From contig VGOM01000005.1 of the NCBI GenBank assembly GCA_016875915.1, forward strand, positions 23,418-87,417: a stretch of 64,000 nucleotides of DNA. Direction: 5' to 3'. The first letter of the stretch is position 1; each line of letters opens with the position of its first letter. This stretch comes from Chloroflexota bacterium (GTDB taxonomy: Bacteria > Chloroflexota > Dehalococcoidia > UBA2247 > RBG-13-53-26). The notes below the pieces were generated by a model. That model worked only from the letters and a program-made list of their open reading frames with translations. It ran no database searches and was not told where the DNA came from. The translations under genes were made by a program, and so were the position numbers. This document shows, one piece after another, positions 27,708 to 37,644 of the stretch.

Positions 27708-29519
27708 CTAGGTGGAAGCGCTGGGGACGGGGTCACTGAGCAGCTTCTCCAGGGCCTCGCCCTCAATGGTCTCCTCAGCGATGAGCTTCTGGGCGATCTG
27801 GGTCAGCTTGGCTTTGTCCTCGGTGAGGATGGTCCTGGCCACATCGTAGGCCTTCTCAATGATAGCCCGGATCTCCCGGTCTATTTCCAGGGCTGTTCTC
27901 TCACTGTAGTTCTTCTGCTCCGAGATTTCCCGCCCCAGGAAGACCAGCTCCTCTCTGCGGCCAAAGGTGCGCAGCTCCAGCCTGTCGCTCATGCCGTACT
28001 CGGTGACCATGGATCGCGCGATATTGGTTACTCGTTCGATATCATCGTGAGGCCCCGTGGTCCGCTCATTGAAGACTATTTCCTCAGCCGCATGGCCAGC
28101 GAGTGCTACGGACAACGCATCCATAAGTTGAGAGCGAGTGTGTATATAGCGATCTTCCGCTCGCAGAGGCCTCATGTAGCCAAGAGCCATCCCCCGGGCA
28201 ACTATGGAAATCTTATGCGGGCGGTCGGCATTGGGCAGCTTGTTGGCCACCAAAGCATGCCCGGCCTCATGGTAGGCAGTCATCTCCTTCTCCTTGGGGC
28301 TGATCAGGCGGCTCCTCTTCTCCGGTCCGGCGATGACCCGATCTATGGCCTCTTCAAGGTCGTTGGTTCCGATGCTCTTCTTGTTCCGCCGGGCGGCCAG
28401 AATGGCTCCCTCGTTGACCAGATTGGCCAGGTCGGCGCCGCTGAATCCCGGCGTCTGTTTGGCGATCTTCTCCAGATCTACGGATTCCTCGAGAGGCTTG
28501 CCCTTGGCGTGAACCTGGAGGATGGCCTTCCTGCCGAGGATATCGGGCCGGTCGAGGGTCACCTGACGGTCGAAGCGGCCGGGGCGGAGCAGGGCGGGAT
28601 CGAGGATATCGGGCCGGTTGGTGGCTGAGATGACGATGACGTTGGTGGAGGTATCGAAGCCGTCCATCTCCACCAGGATCTGGTTCAGGGTCTGTTCACG
28701 CTCATCATGCCCGCCGCCCAGTCCGGCGCCGCGGTGGCGGCCCACGGCGTCGATTTCATCGACGAAGATGAGGCAGGGGGCGTTGCGCTTGGCCTGATCG
28801 AAGAGGTCCCTCACCCGGGAGGCGCCCACGCCGACGAACATCTCCACGAACTCGCTGCCGCTGATGGAGAAGAAGGGCACGGAGGCCTCGCCGGCGATGG
28901 CCCGGGCCAGCAGGGTCTTGCCCGTTCCGGGTGGACCGACCAGCAGCACGCCTCTGGGGATACGGGCGCCCAGGGCGGTGAACTTCTCCGGGGATTTGAG
29001 GAACTCCACGATCTCCTGGAGTTCTTGCTTGGCCTCCTCCACTCCGGCCACATCGGCGAAGGTCACCGTGGGCTTGGCCCCGCTGAAGAGCCGGGCCCGG
29101 CTGCGGCTGAAGTTGAAGGCCTGGCTGTTGGCCCCCCGCGCTCCACGGAGGAGGAACCAGAACAGACCGACGAGGAGGAACACCGGCAGGAGGGTGAAGA
29201 TCAGCGACGTCCAGTCGAAGCCGCTGGACCAGGAGGTCTCGAAGGGTATGCCGCTATCCGTGAGCAGCTTGCTGAAGTCGGCCACGTTCTCCGTGGCTAT
29301 TTCGGATTGGAGCTTCTCATCCTCACTAGTGATGACGGACAGCTTCTTCTGGTCGATGATCTTGACTTCCTTCACCTGGCCAGAGTCCACCATGGTCAAG
29401 ACCTCGGAGTAGGTGATCTCCTCCACCTTCTTGCCCCGGGGGAGGAAGGTGATCACCAGTACCACGATGGCCACGATGATGAGGAGGTAGAAGAGGGTGT
29501 GCTGCCGCTTAATCTTCAT
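27708..29519 (-). CDS. ftsH: ATP-dependent zinc metalloprotease FtsH
   Basis: Two N-terminal TM helices, AAA Walker [12 protein letters not shown], zinc motif HEAGH. Confidence 0.95.
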   Translation of the reverse strand: MKIKRQHTLFYLLIIVAIVVLVITFLPRGKKVEEITYSEVLTMVDSGQVKEVKIIDQKKLSVITSEDEKLQSEIATENVADFSKLLTDSGIPFETSWSSGFDWTSLIFTLLPVFLLVGLFWFLLRGARGANSQAFNFSRSRARLFSGAKPTVTFADVAGVEEAKQELQEIVEFLKSPEKFTALGARIPRGVLLVGPPGTGKTLLARAIAGEASVPFFSISGSEFVEMFVGVGASRVRDLFDQAKRNAPCLIFVDEIDAVGRHRGAGLGGGHDEREQTLNQILVEMDGFDTSTNVIVISATNRPDILDPALLRPGRFDRQVTLDRPDILGRKAILQVHAKGKPLEESVDLEKIAKQTPGFSGADLANLVNEGAILAARRNKKSIGTNDLEEAIDRVIAGPEKRSRLISPKEKEMTAYHEAGHALVANKLPNADRPHKISIVARGMALGYMRPLRAEDRYIHTRSQLMDALSVALAGHAAEEIVFNERTTGPHDDIERVTNIARSMVTEYGMSDRLELRTFGRREELVFLGREISEQKNYSERTALEIDREIRAIIEKAYDVARTILTEDKAKLTQIAQKLIAEETIEGEALEKLLSDPVPSAST

Positions 29520-29551
29520 CTGTCACGCTGCATTCCAGCCACATAAGTTTA

Positions 29552-29575
29552 TCGCGCATTATAGCACAAAGCAAC
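29552..29575 (-). promoter_or_regulatory. Putative extended -10 promoter (TTTGTGCTATAATG) for ftsH
   Basis: On ftsH sense strand TTTGTGCTATAATG about 40 nt upstream of ATG; shares TTTGTGCTATA core with clpC upstream region. Confidence 0.4.
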
Positions 29576-29706
29576 CGCGGGCCCTCTCTGCGGCCTGCGG
29601 GCGGAGGGCGGGGTTGGGCAGCGCCGGATAGGCCGTGGACAGCGTGCGATAGAATATTAGGACGGGGCCATCAGACCGTTCGGAGACCGAGGCTCCCGGA
29701 ACAGCC

Positions 29707-30690
29707 ATGCCGGCCAATCTGCCACCCCAGTACTACGAAGCCGAGAGACGCTACCGCCAGGCCAAGACGCCCCAGGAGAAGATCGAGGCCCTGGAGGAGA
29801 TGTTCTCCATCATGCCCAAACACAAGGGCACCGACCGGCTGCGGGCCGAGTTGCGGACCAAGATCGCCAGGTTCTACGAAGAGGCCGAGAAGCGGCCCAT
29901 GGTGGGCCGGAAGGGCAGCCTCCTCTACTACGTGAAGAAAGAGGGGGCGGGGCAGGCCGTCCTGGTGGGGCCGCCCAACACCGGCAAGTCACAGCTGGTC
30001 ACCGCGCTGACCGGGGCCGCCTCGCCGGTGGCCGACTATCTGTTCACCACCCGGCTGCCCATCCCGGGCATGATGGAGTTCGAGAACATCCAGATCCAGC
30101 TGGTGGACCTCCCGGCGATAACCGCGCCCGGCGTCACCTCCTGGCTGCCCAACATCATCCGCAACGCCGACCTGCTCCTGCTGGTGGTCGATCTCGGCGG
30201 GGAGCCAGCGGCCCAGGCGGAGACGGTCCTGGACTGGCTGGCCGGGTTCCGGATCGGGGTGGCCGGGGATTCCCGAAGGGCCGAAGAGGTCACGGTGCAG
30301 AAGAAGGCCGGGATCGTGGCCAACAAGGTGGATGCGCCGGGGGCGGCGGAAGGTCTGCGGGCCCTGGAGTCGCGCCATCAGGGCGGTCTGCCCACCATCG
30401 CGGTGTCCGCCCTGCGGGGCCAGGGACTGGAAGAGCTGCGCCGGGACGTATTCCGGGCGCTGGACATCATCCGGGTCTACACCAAGGTGCCGGGGCAGAA
30501 GCCCGACCTGAGGGACCCGGTGGTCCTCAAGAGGGGCAGCACCGCCCTGGACGCTGCCGAGTCGGTCCACAAGGACTTCGGCCGGAATCTGAAGTACGCC
30601 CAGGTCTGGGGCTCGGGCAAGTTCGCCGGTCAGAGGGTGAAGCGGGACTGCGTCCTCCAGGACGGGGACGTCATCGAGCTGCACATCTGA
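29707..30690 (+). CDS. OBG-HflX-like GTPase with C-terminal TGS domain (DRG/Rbg-like)
   Basis: G1 GPPNTGKS, DLPG G3, NKVD G4, C-terminal TGS domain. Confidence 0.7.
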   Translation: MPANLPPQYYEAERRYRQAKTPQEKIEALEEMFSIMPKHKGTDRLRAELRTKIARFYEEAEKRPMVGRKGSLLYYVKKEGAGQAVLVGPPNTGKSQLVTALTGAASPVADYLFTTRLPIPGMMEFENIQIQLVDLPAITAPGVTSWLPNIIRNADLLLLVVDLGGEPAAQAETVLDWLAGFRIGVAGDSRRAEEVTVQKKAGIVANKVDAPGAAEGLRALESRHQGGLPTIAVSALRGQGLEELRRDVFRALDIIRVYTKVPGQKPDLRDPVVLKRGSTALDAAESVHKDFGRNLKYAQVWGSGKFAGQRVKRDCVLQDGDVIELHI

Positions 30691-30722
30691 CCGCACCCGC
30701 CGTCCGGGAGAGGAGCCGCAAC

Positions 30723-31541
30723 CTACTCCGGCAGCCCGAAGTTGGCCCGCACCCTGGCCCAGTCCTCCTTCGACGGCAGGACGTAGTTCCGGGTCCTGGC
30801 GGGGACAGGCAATCCGCTGCCCTTTCTGATATCCGCCGCCATCTCGGCCATCTTCATACCCACCATGACCGAATCCAGGATGGGCACCACCTGGCCGTCG
30901 ACGGTGATCTTGTTGAACCCCGCCATGCTGCAGAGCAGACTGGTCCCGGCGCAGCCCAGGATGATGACATCAGCCCCGTCGGCCACGCACTCCCGGGCCA
31001 CTTCGGCCACGGCGTCCGCGGCCATCTGGGGATTGCCCAGCCATTTGTCCCAGATCCTGGCGAAGGGTTCCTTGTCGAACCTGATGCCGTTGGGGATCAG
31101 CCGATCCTGAAGCCCGTGCTCCCGGACCTGCTCCTCGATCTGGGCCAGTTGTCCGGGCATGTTGGTGCCGATGATGGCGAAGCGGCGGCCGATCTGGGAG
31201 GCGAAGTGCATCGCCGACTCGGCCGGGCCGAAGATGGGCAGGCCGACCACCGCCCGGGCCTCCCTCACCCCGGGGTCCCCGAAACAGTGGACGCAGGCGG
31301 CGTCGAAGCCTTCCTTGTCGGCCTCAATGAAGGCCTCCACGATGGCCACCCTGTCCAGGAGGGCGAAGTAGGGGTTATCGAAATCCAGGACGTTGTCTCC
31401 CTTGAGCCCCCGCTTGATGGGCTTGAGGACAACCTTGGTATCGGCCCGGAGCACCTTGTTGAAGCTCTGCTGCACCATGCTGAACCAGATGTCGTGGAAT
31501 CCCTCGGGCATCTCCGTGATGTGGACCAGACAGATTCTCAT
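30723..31541 (-). CDS. Asp/Glu/hydantoin racemase family protein (arylmalonate decarboxylase/maleate isomerase-like)
   Basis: Two-domain racemase fold with conserved Cys-containing segments (ACVHCFGDPG, ILGCAGTS). Confidence 0.6.
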   Translation of the reverse strand: MRICLVHITEMPEGFHDIWFSMVQQSFNKVLRADTKVVLKPIKRGLKGDNVLDFDNPYFALLDRVAIVEAFIEADKEGFDAACVHCFGDPGVREARAVVGLPIFGPAESAMHFASQIGRRFAIIGTNMPGQLAQIEEQVREHGLQDRLIPNGIRFDKEPFARIWDKWLGNPQMAADAVAEVARECVADGADVIILGCAGTSLLCSMAGFNKITVDGQVVPILDSVMVGMKMAEMAADIRKGSGLPVPARTRNYVLPSKEDWARVRANFGLPE

Positions 31542-31542
31542 G

Positions 31543-32319
31543 CTACCCCCTTTCGCTTGCTTGGAGTCCGAAAAGGCGATGGGCGTTGTCGGTGGTCTTC
31601 CCGGCCACCGTCTCCGGCGGCAGGCCCTTGATCTCGGCCACGGCCAGCAGGACCCGGGCAACGTCGGCCGGCTCCGAGCGGTGCCCCTGATACGCCACGG
31701 GGCAGTCCGTTTCCAGGAGGAGGCTCTCCAGCGGGGCCTCCTTCACGGCCCGGCGATGCTCGGCGTGATACTCCACGGCCGGGGTGGCCGAGATGAAGTA
31801 GCCCCGGTCAATGATCTCCCTCAGCACGCTGGTCGGCCCGGTGTACCAGTGAAAGACGGCCTTGTCCACGCCGGCCCCGGAGGCCAGGGTGAAGGAATCC
31901 CGCCAGGCATAGCGGGAATGGATGATCGCCGGCTTGCCTGACCGCCGGGCCAGGGCCAGGACGGCGTTGAAGGCCCGGTGCTGCAGTTCTTTGCCGGCGG
32001 CAGCCACCACCCTCTTGTGATAGTCTAGGCCCACCTCGCCGACGGCCACGGCCTGCGGCAGGTGGTCTTCCATGAAACGAATACCCTCGCGCAGCGGCGT
32101 GGCATTGGTGAGCAGTCCGGGATGGAGGCCCAGCGCCGCATAGACGAAGCCCACGTGCGTCGCGGCCATCTCCAGCACCCTCCTGTTCGAGTCCGGGTCC
32201 GAGCCGACAGCCACTATGGCGGTCACCCCGGCCTCACCGGCCCTCTCCAGGGCCGCGGGCAGGTCCGGCAGTTCCTCCAGGTGGGCATGGGTGTCAACCA
32301 GTCTGTGGGCGGGGCTCAT
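31543..32319 (-). CDS. tatD: TatD family metal-dependent hydrolase
   Basis: N-terminal DTHAHL motif, TIM-barrel TatD signature; tightly coupled to downstream racemase gene. Confidence 0.8.
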   Translation of the reverse strand: MSPAHRLVDTHAHLEELPDLPAALERAGEAGVTAIVAVGSDPDSNRRVLEMAATHVGFVYAALGLHPGLLTNATPLREGIRFMEDHLPQAVAVGEVGLDYHKRVVAAAGKELQHRAFNAVLALARRSGKPAIIHSRYAWRDSFTLASGAGVDKAVFHWYTGPTSVLREIIDRGYFISATPAVEYHAEHRRAVKEAPLESLLLETDCPVAYQGHRSEPADVARVLLAVAEIKGLPPETVAGKTTDNAHRLFGLQASERG

Positions 32320-33074
32320 TGGCCGAGGATGTGCCCTTCGACAATGGCGCGCACCGCGGCCGGTCCCGGGGAGGCAGCGGGCAGCTCCGTGATGGGTCGG
32401 CCGATGAGGTCGAACTGGCCGATGGCCTCATCCTGGGGAACAACTCCCAGAACCTCAATGCCGATCTCACCGGCGGACCGCCGGAGCAGGTCCTCGTTGC
32501 CCTGGACCCGGTTGAACACCAGGCCCAGCTTGTCACAGCGGATCACCCCATCATCCCGGACCATCTTCTTGATCAGGGCCGCGGTCTGCAGCCCCCGGGT
32601 GGTGGCGTCGCTGACCACGATCAGGACATCCAGGTGGCGGACCACCTGCCGGTTGATCTGCTCCACGCCGGCTTCGCCGTCGATGATGATGCTGTCAAAG
32701 CTCCTGGAGAGGGTCTCGATGGCCCCCCGGAGCAGGTCGTTCACCGGACAGAAGCAGCCCAGGGTTTCGGTGCGGCCCATGGCCAGCAGGGCGAAACTGT
32801 CCGTCTCCACCAGTGCCTCCAGGACCATGTAGTCCAGCATCTCCCCGAGCTGGGCCTTCTCCTCCTGGCTGCCGCTCCGGGCCGTCTTGATGATCTCCTC
32901 ACGGACCTGGCCCATGGTCCGCTTCACCCGCACCCCGACGGCTCCGGGCAGGCCCAGCGCGGGATCGGCATCGATCAGCAGCAGCCGTCCGGCCCGGCCG
33001 CCGTCCAGCAGGGCCCGGGTCATCATGGCCGTGAAGGCCGTCTTGCCGGTGCCTCCCTTGCCGGAGACGGCCAC
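32316..33074 (-). CDS. P-loop ATPase, CooC/MinD/ParA-like (deviant Walker A); start uncertain
   Basis: VAVSGKGGTGKT deviant Walker A; no in-frame ATG; GTG at 33074 (AAGAGG SD) or TTG at 33128. Confidence 0.6.
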   Translation of the reverse strand: MAVSGKGGTGKTAFTAMMTRALLDGGRAGRLLLIDADPALGLPGAVGVRVKRTMGQVREEIIKTARSGSQEEKAQLGEMLDYMVLEALVETDSFALLAMGRTETLGCFCPVNDLLRGAIETLSRSFDSIIIDGEAGVEQINRQVVRHLDVLIVVSDATTRGLQTAALIKKMVRDDGVIRCDKLGLVFNRVQGNEDLLRRSAGEIGIEVLGVVPQDEAIGQFDLIGRPITELPAASPGPAAVRAIVEGHILGQ

Positions 33075-33102
33075 CAGCCTCTTCTTCGGGGGCGCCGCCT
33101 TC

Positions 33103-33894
33103 TCAGCCAGCGGACGCCTCCGGGGCAACGTCCTTCTGTTTGCGGATCTTGATGACCTCCTTGATCTCATCGCACACCGGTTCATCGGGGCAGGTCCGGC
33201 AGTCCCCCCCGTAGCTGCAGACGTAGGCATCGAAGCCCCGGGCCTTCCAGTCGGCGGCCAGCAGGCTCTTGTAGATCTTCCGCACCTGAGCGCCGATGTC
33301 GTCCAGCGGCCCCAGGTCCTCCCGGCTCGAGGTGACGAAGAGGATCTCCATGGCCTCCACCTTGGGGACTTCCTGCTTGAAGACGGCCATGAGGGCCCGG
33401 CCCAGTGTCTCGAAACCGAAGCCCCTCTGGGCGACATCACGGCTGACCCTGGACCAGATGAGCTGGGAGGTGCTCCGGATCATGTATCCCTCTATCCGGT
33501 CGGCCACAAACTGGGTGTGCTCCAGCGTCTGATGATCCTTCTCTGTCAGCTGTGGTCCGGCCATGATCAGCACCTGACCGAAGGGCAGGCTGGCCCCCGG
33601 CGACTCGGGGATATCGGGGCCGATGAGGGTGATCCGGCCTTCTCTGACCAGGGCGGGATTGTCCGTCCAGAACAGGAAGGCGCAGGAGCCGGCGTCGGGG
33701 TTGCCCATCTCGGCGAAGGTGTCGCCCCGGAGGATGATGCCCGGGTTGGCCCCCGGGCCGACCCTGACCGGCAATCCGTCGAGGAGCCGGTCCACCCCCG
33801 GCGGGCAGTCCATCTCCCGGATCGGCCTGCCCTTCCGGCGGAGATCGGCCACATACGCGGCGATCTTGGTCAGATAGGCATCATAGATAGCCAT
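33103..33894 (-). CDS. Hypothetical protein with C-terminal Cys cluster (CSYGGDCRTCPDEPVC)
   Basis: 263-aa ORF with good coding appearance, C-x7-C-x2-C-x5-C motif at C-terminus; no family recognised. Confidence 0.5.
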   Translation of the reverse strand: MAIYDAYLTKIAAYVADLRRKGRPIREMDCPPGVDRLLDGLPVRVGPGANPGIILRGDTFAEMGNPDAGSCAFLFWTDNPALVREGRITLIGPDIPESPGASLPFGQVLIMAGPQLTEKDHQTLEHTQFVADRIEGYMIRSTSQLIWSRVSRDVAQRGFGFETLGRALMAVFKQEVPKVEAMEILFVTSSREDLGPLDDIGAQVRKIYKSLLAADWKARGFDAYVCSYGGDCRTCPDEPVCDEIKEVIKIRKQKDVAPEASAG

Positions 33895-33999
33895 AGCGGT
33901 GGTTTACCAGCTGTCGGAAAGGATGACCCTTCGACAACTCAGGGGATTCCCTCCCCGGCAGGCGAAGGGTCTCTCCGGGAAACGTCCTCTCTTGCCGGC

Positions 34000-34821
34000 C
34001 TAGCTGTGGGACTTGGCCGCCACGGAGTCCACCTGGGCCTTCTGGGCCACCTTCTCGGCGGCGATCACCGCCGCACCCACCGCCCCGGCGATCTGGGGAT
34101 CCATGGGCAGCTTCTTGATCTTCACCTTCAGCCGCTGCTCCAGGGCTTTGGCCAGGGTCTCATTCTTGGCACAGCCTCCGGTGAGGACGACGTCCTCCAC
34201 CAGTCCCACCCGGCCCACCATGCCGCTCAATCTGCCGGCCACCGAGTTGTTCAGGCCGGCAATAATATCGGCCAGATCGACATCCTCGTTGATCAGGGTG
34301 ATCACCTCGGATTCGGCGAAGACGCTGCACTGGCTGCTGATCACCGCCGGCTTCCGGGCGTCCAGTCCCAGTGTAGAGAGTTGCTCCAGGCTGATATGGA
34401 GCGTGCGGGCCATGGCCTCATAGAACTTGCCCGTCCCCGCGGCGCACTTGTCGTTCATGACGAACTCCAGGACCTTGCCCTTCTCGGTGACGGACATCAC
34501 CTTGCAGTCCTGTCCGCCGATATCGACCACCGTCCTCACCGTCGGGAGCAGCCACTGCGCCCCCCTGGCATGGCAGGTGATCTCCGAGATGTTCTCGTTG
34601 GCAAAGTCGACCTTCAGCCGGCCATAGCCCGTGCCCACGACATAGTCCAGGTCCTCCAGTTTGGACAGCCCGGCCTTCTGCAGTGCCTCATCCATGGCCT
34701 TCCGCGCCGTCACGTCAGGCTTGACGGCGGAAGGGGTGATTGAGAATGAGACAACCTGTCCATCCTTCATGACCACCGCCTTACCGGTGGCGGAACCTAT
34801 GTCGCAGCCTCCAACGATCAT
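34000..34821 (-). CDS. CoA-substrate-specific enzyme activase (HgdC/BadF/BadG/BcrA/BcrD ATPase family), module A
   Basis: ASKHA fold; bridging-cluster cysteines in NDKCAAGTGKF and SSQCSVFAESEV; ATG 34821 with GGAGAAG SD. Confidence 0.8.
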   Translation of the reverse strand: MIVGGCDIGSATGKAVVMKDGQVVSFSITPSAVKPDVTARKAMDEALQKAGLSKLEDLDYVVGTGYGRLKVDFANENISEITCHARGAQWLLPTVRTVVDIGGQDCKVMSVTEKGKVLEFVMNDKCAAGTGKFYEAMARTLHISLEQLSTLGLDARKPAVISSQCSVFAESEVITLINEDVDLADIIAGLNNSVAGRLSGMVGRVGLVEDVVLTGGCAKNETLAKALEQRLKVKIKKLPMDPQIAGAVGAAVIAAEKVAQKAQVDSVAAKSHS

Positions 34822-34875
34822 GGCTTCTCCTCGCTCGGTCATTTCACGCAATGGTGAGCCGTGCCTTCTCTCCGG

Positions 34876-36195
34876 CTAGCCCAAGCCCATCGCGCCAAAG
34901 AACTTGCTCAGCTTGTCCTTGCACTCCTCCGGGGTGGTATACCTCCTGTCAAAGAGGTCAAGCCCAATGTGTAGGTAGGGCACCTTCAGCTCGTTGCAGA
35001 TCTCCCTCATGATGCCGGTGCTGGCCGAGCCGTCCTTGTGGCCCATATGCCCCGGCCAGATGACGCAATCCACCTTGTAGTCCTTGACCACCCGGGCGAT
35101 GTCGCTGGCAAAGTAGTCCGCGATGCCCCGGGCCTGCCTGACCATGGGCGACTCGTAGAGGTTCCTCTTGGCCAGACCCTTGAATATGGTGTCCTCATTC
35201 CGAGTATCCACCGGGGTATAGGGGGTGAAGCCGAACATCTCCATGACCATCACGGCTCCCCATTCCTGCTCCAGCCAGGGCATGAGCTCGAAGCACCATC
35301 CGAAGGGCAGCAGGTCAAACCAGAAGTACCTGATCTTCTCCTTGGGTATAACCCCCCGGCCCTCCTTCACCTTCTTCTCCGTGATGCTGACCAGCCGCCG
35401 GAACCAGTCGGTGCCTCTGGGCTGACCCACCTGGAAGATCTGAGACACGGCGAAGCACTGCGGACCGCCCATGCCCCACCCCTGAGGGCAGGGCACAGCC
35501 CGCCGCAACTGGGCGTACTCCGCCCAGAGCTCGTACTGCTTGTTGGACTCCTTGACCACCTCGCGCAGCCTGTCCAGATCCAGCTTCCGGCCGGTGTTCT
35601 CCTCGATGAAGGCGACCATCTTCTTCAGCTCGTTGGCGAAGTAGTCGATGCCCCTCTGATCCTCAAAGTAGGGTGGGTCGGTGCAGAACATGGGAATACC
35701 GCGCCACTTCTCATTGCGGACCACGGCCTGGTGGAGCATGGTGGCCGCATCGCAGGGATGCAGCAATCCGATCATGCAGGTGGGCGGCGGCGACAGCCCG
35801 GCCTCGATGTAGTACAGCGACAGCCGGCAGGCGGTGCACCAGTCGGTGCCCAGTCCCATGGCCTCGGCGGCATCAACGTCCTCCATCAGATAGGGTGCCG
35901 AGGCAGCCAGGAAGGGGGTCTGCATGATGAGGTACCACGGCAGGTCCATGGCCGTGTAGACCTCCGGGGCGGCATTGAAGTAGCCGGCCACGAAGGGCTT
36001 GTCCTCCTCCGCGCAGCGGATGATGGTGTCGTAGCGGTCCACGGTGATATCGGTGACCTCTTTGCTGAGCTGCATCTCCTCATCGGGCATCAGGGCCAGC
36101 GTGTCGCTCAGGAACTTGAAGAAGTCGCGCTCCTTCCGGTAGCGCTCCAATCCCTTCACCATCAGGGCTCTTCTAGTCTCCTTGTCCATAGCCAT
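34876..36195 (-). CDS. 2-hydroxyacyl-CoA dehydratase / benzoyl-CoA reductase B/C-like subunit (HGD-D family), module A, HgdB-like
   Basis: HGD-D family Cys-containing segments; paralogous to 38796..40070; ATG 36195 with GGGGAGG SD. Confidence 0.75.
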   Translation of the reverse strand: MAMDKETRRALMVKGLERYRKERDFFKFLSDTLALMPDEEMQLSKEVTDITVDRYDTIIRCAEEDKPFVAGYFNAAPEVYTAMDLPWYLIMQTPFLAASAPYLMEDVDAAEAMGLGTDWCTACRLSLYYIEAGLSPPPTCMIGLLHPCDAATMLHQAVVRNEKWRGIPMFCTDPPYFEDQRGIDYFANELKKMVAFIEENTGRKLDLDRLREVVKESNKQYELWAEYAQLRRAVPCPQGWGMGGPQCFAVSQIFQVGQPRGTDWFRRLVSITEKKVKEGRGVIPKEKIRYFWFDLLPFGWCFELMPWLEQEWGAVMVMEMFGFTPYTPVDTRNEDTIFKGLAKRNLYESPMVRQARGIADYFASDIARVVKDYKVDCVIWPGHMGHKDGSASTGIMREICNELKVPYLHIGLDLFDRRYTTPEECKDKLSKFFGAMGLG

Positions 36196-36200
36196 ACTGC

Positions 36201-37349
36201 CTACCTCCCCATCATTTCCAGGAAAGCCTGGACCCGCGTTCTCAACTGCCCAGCACCGATGTTGACGTAGTCCCTGTCCAGCCTGATGTAGGGAATGCCG
36301 GCCTCCTTCAGGTCTTCGCCGGTCATGAACTGCTCGCCCGTCCAGTTGTCGCACATCACCAGACGCTCGGCGATGACCCCATCGACATCGAACTGACGGA
36401 TCATCTCCTTGATGAAGGCCGATCTCCGGGGCTGGTCCCCGAATATCCGGGCACACTGGGGACGGTCATAGAGGTAGTACTGCGCCAGAGCCGTGAATGG
36501 GTCGCCCGCCTTCTCGTCCACCTCCCCCCACATGTTGCGGGTGCCGAAGCAGAGTGAATCGGTGACCACCAGGGCGCCCTGGCTCTCGATCACTTCGATG
36601 TAGGCCGGGTCGTCCAGGATACCGCCGATGAGCATGATCCTGGCCCGATGGTCGGCGTGCCCATCCTTGGACTGACTCAGCTCGTCCACCAGCTCCTTGA
36701 GGAGACCGTTGTAGTACTCCGGCGGCATGGCCGTGCCGGCCACCATCACCGCCAGTGTTTCAGCGCCGGTGATCGGGGGGTTTTTCCGCTTCTTCAACTC
36801 GTAGAGCTGTCTCTGGAGACGGCGGGTCTGGTTGTGGAGCTTGATAGCATCCCACAGCCGATCATCGGAGATCCACACGCCGAAATGGGGTCCCATGCTC
36901 TCCCTGAGGAAGCGAATCTCATCCCGGTACCAGTCGATCTGAGCCTGCTCGTTCTTCTTGGGCAGAGCCAGCAGCCGCAGATATGAGGTATCTATCTTCC
37001 GCTTCCAGTGATCGTAGATGCGGCGGACGTGGTCGCAGCTGTTGACCCAGAGGACGCCATCGAGGAAGCTGTACTCGCCCCTCAGGCCCAGGTCAAGCGA
37101 GTGGCGGACGAAGCTGCAATTGATGCTGCTGACACAGGTATCCGCCAGGTCTGTGCCGGTGCTGCCCGTGCCCCGCATTCGGAAGGGCACAAAGCCCGCG
37201 GCCGTGATCACTTCCACCGGCACGTAGGAGCAGTAGCAGCCGATGACCCGACCCCCCTGATCCTTCCACTTCTGCAACGCCGGATTGACTAGGCACTGGG
37301 TGGCTTCCTGGAACTCCTGCAAGGCCCGGGACTTGATCTTGGTCGCCAA
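36201..37349 (-). CDS. 2-hydroxyacyl-CoA dehydratase / BcrB/BadD-like subunit (HGD-D family), module A, HgdA-like
   Basis: N-terminal GCYCSYVPVEV and C-terminal GQLRTRVQAFLEMMGR shared with paralog 37645..38799. Confidence 0.75.
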   Translation of the reverse strand: MATKIKSRALQEFQEATQCLVNPALQKWKDQGGRVIGCYCSYVPVEVITAAGFVPFRMRGTGSTGTDLADTCVSSINCSFVRHSLDLGLRGEYSFLDGVLWVNSCDHVRRIYDHWKRKIDTSYLRLLALPKKNEQAQIDWYRDEIRFLRESMGPHFGVWISDDRLWDAIKLHNQTRRLQRQLYELKKRKNPPITGAETLAVMVAGTAMPPEYYNGLLKELVDELSQSKDGHADHRARIMLIGGILDDPAYIEVIESQGALVVTDSLCFGTRNMWGEVDEKAGDPFTALAQYYLYDRPQCARIFGDQPRRSAFIKEMIRQFDVDGVIAERLVMCDNWTGEQFMTGEDLKEAGIPYIRLDRDYVNIGAGQLRTRVQAFLEMMGR

Positions 37350-37533
37350 TTCACTTCCCCCCTTTCCAGGCGGCGCACTTCAAAGCGCCACTCCTGTCCG
37401 CTTGTTTCGATGGTCTACCCGCCAAATCAGCTCAGTCTAACAAGGAAAGACAGTGTGGGTCAAACGATTTGGAGCGCCCGTCAGGGGTGCCAAGGCAGGC
37501 GCAATGGGATGAATGCCGCCGGTGGGGAAATGC

Positions 37534-37547
37534 GGATTGATCAATCC
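37534..37547. promoter_or_regulatory. Perfect 14-bp palindrome GGATTGATCAATCC in divergent intergenic region (candidate operator)
   Basis: Exact inverted repeat ~100 bp upstream of module B first gene and ~185 bp upstream of module A first gene. Confidence 0.4.
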
Positions 37548-37644
37548 CACCGCAATTTGTTACGATGTACGGCTGTGTGCCTCTTCCGATCGGGGCAGGG
37601 CAACCGAGGATGATAGTGTCAATCGGACTTGGTGAGGGAGTGAC

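Noticed and set aside
35038-36270. 410-aa plus-strand ORF opposite HgdB-like gene
   Set aside because: Antisense; no domains
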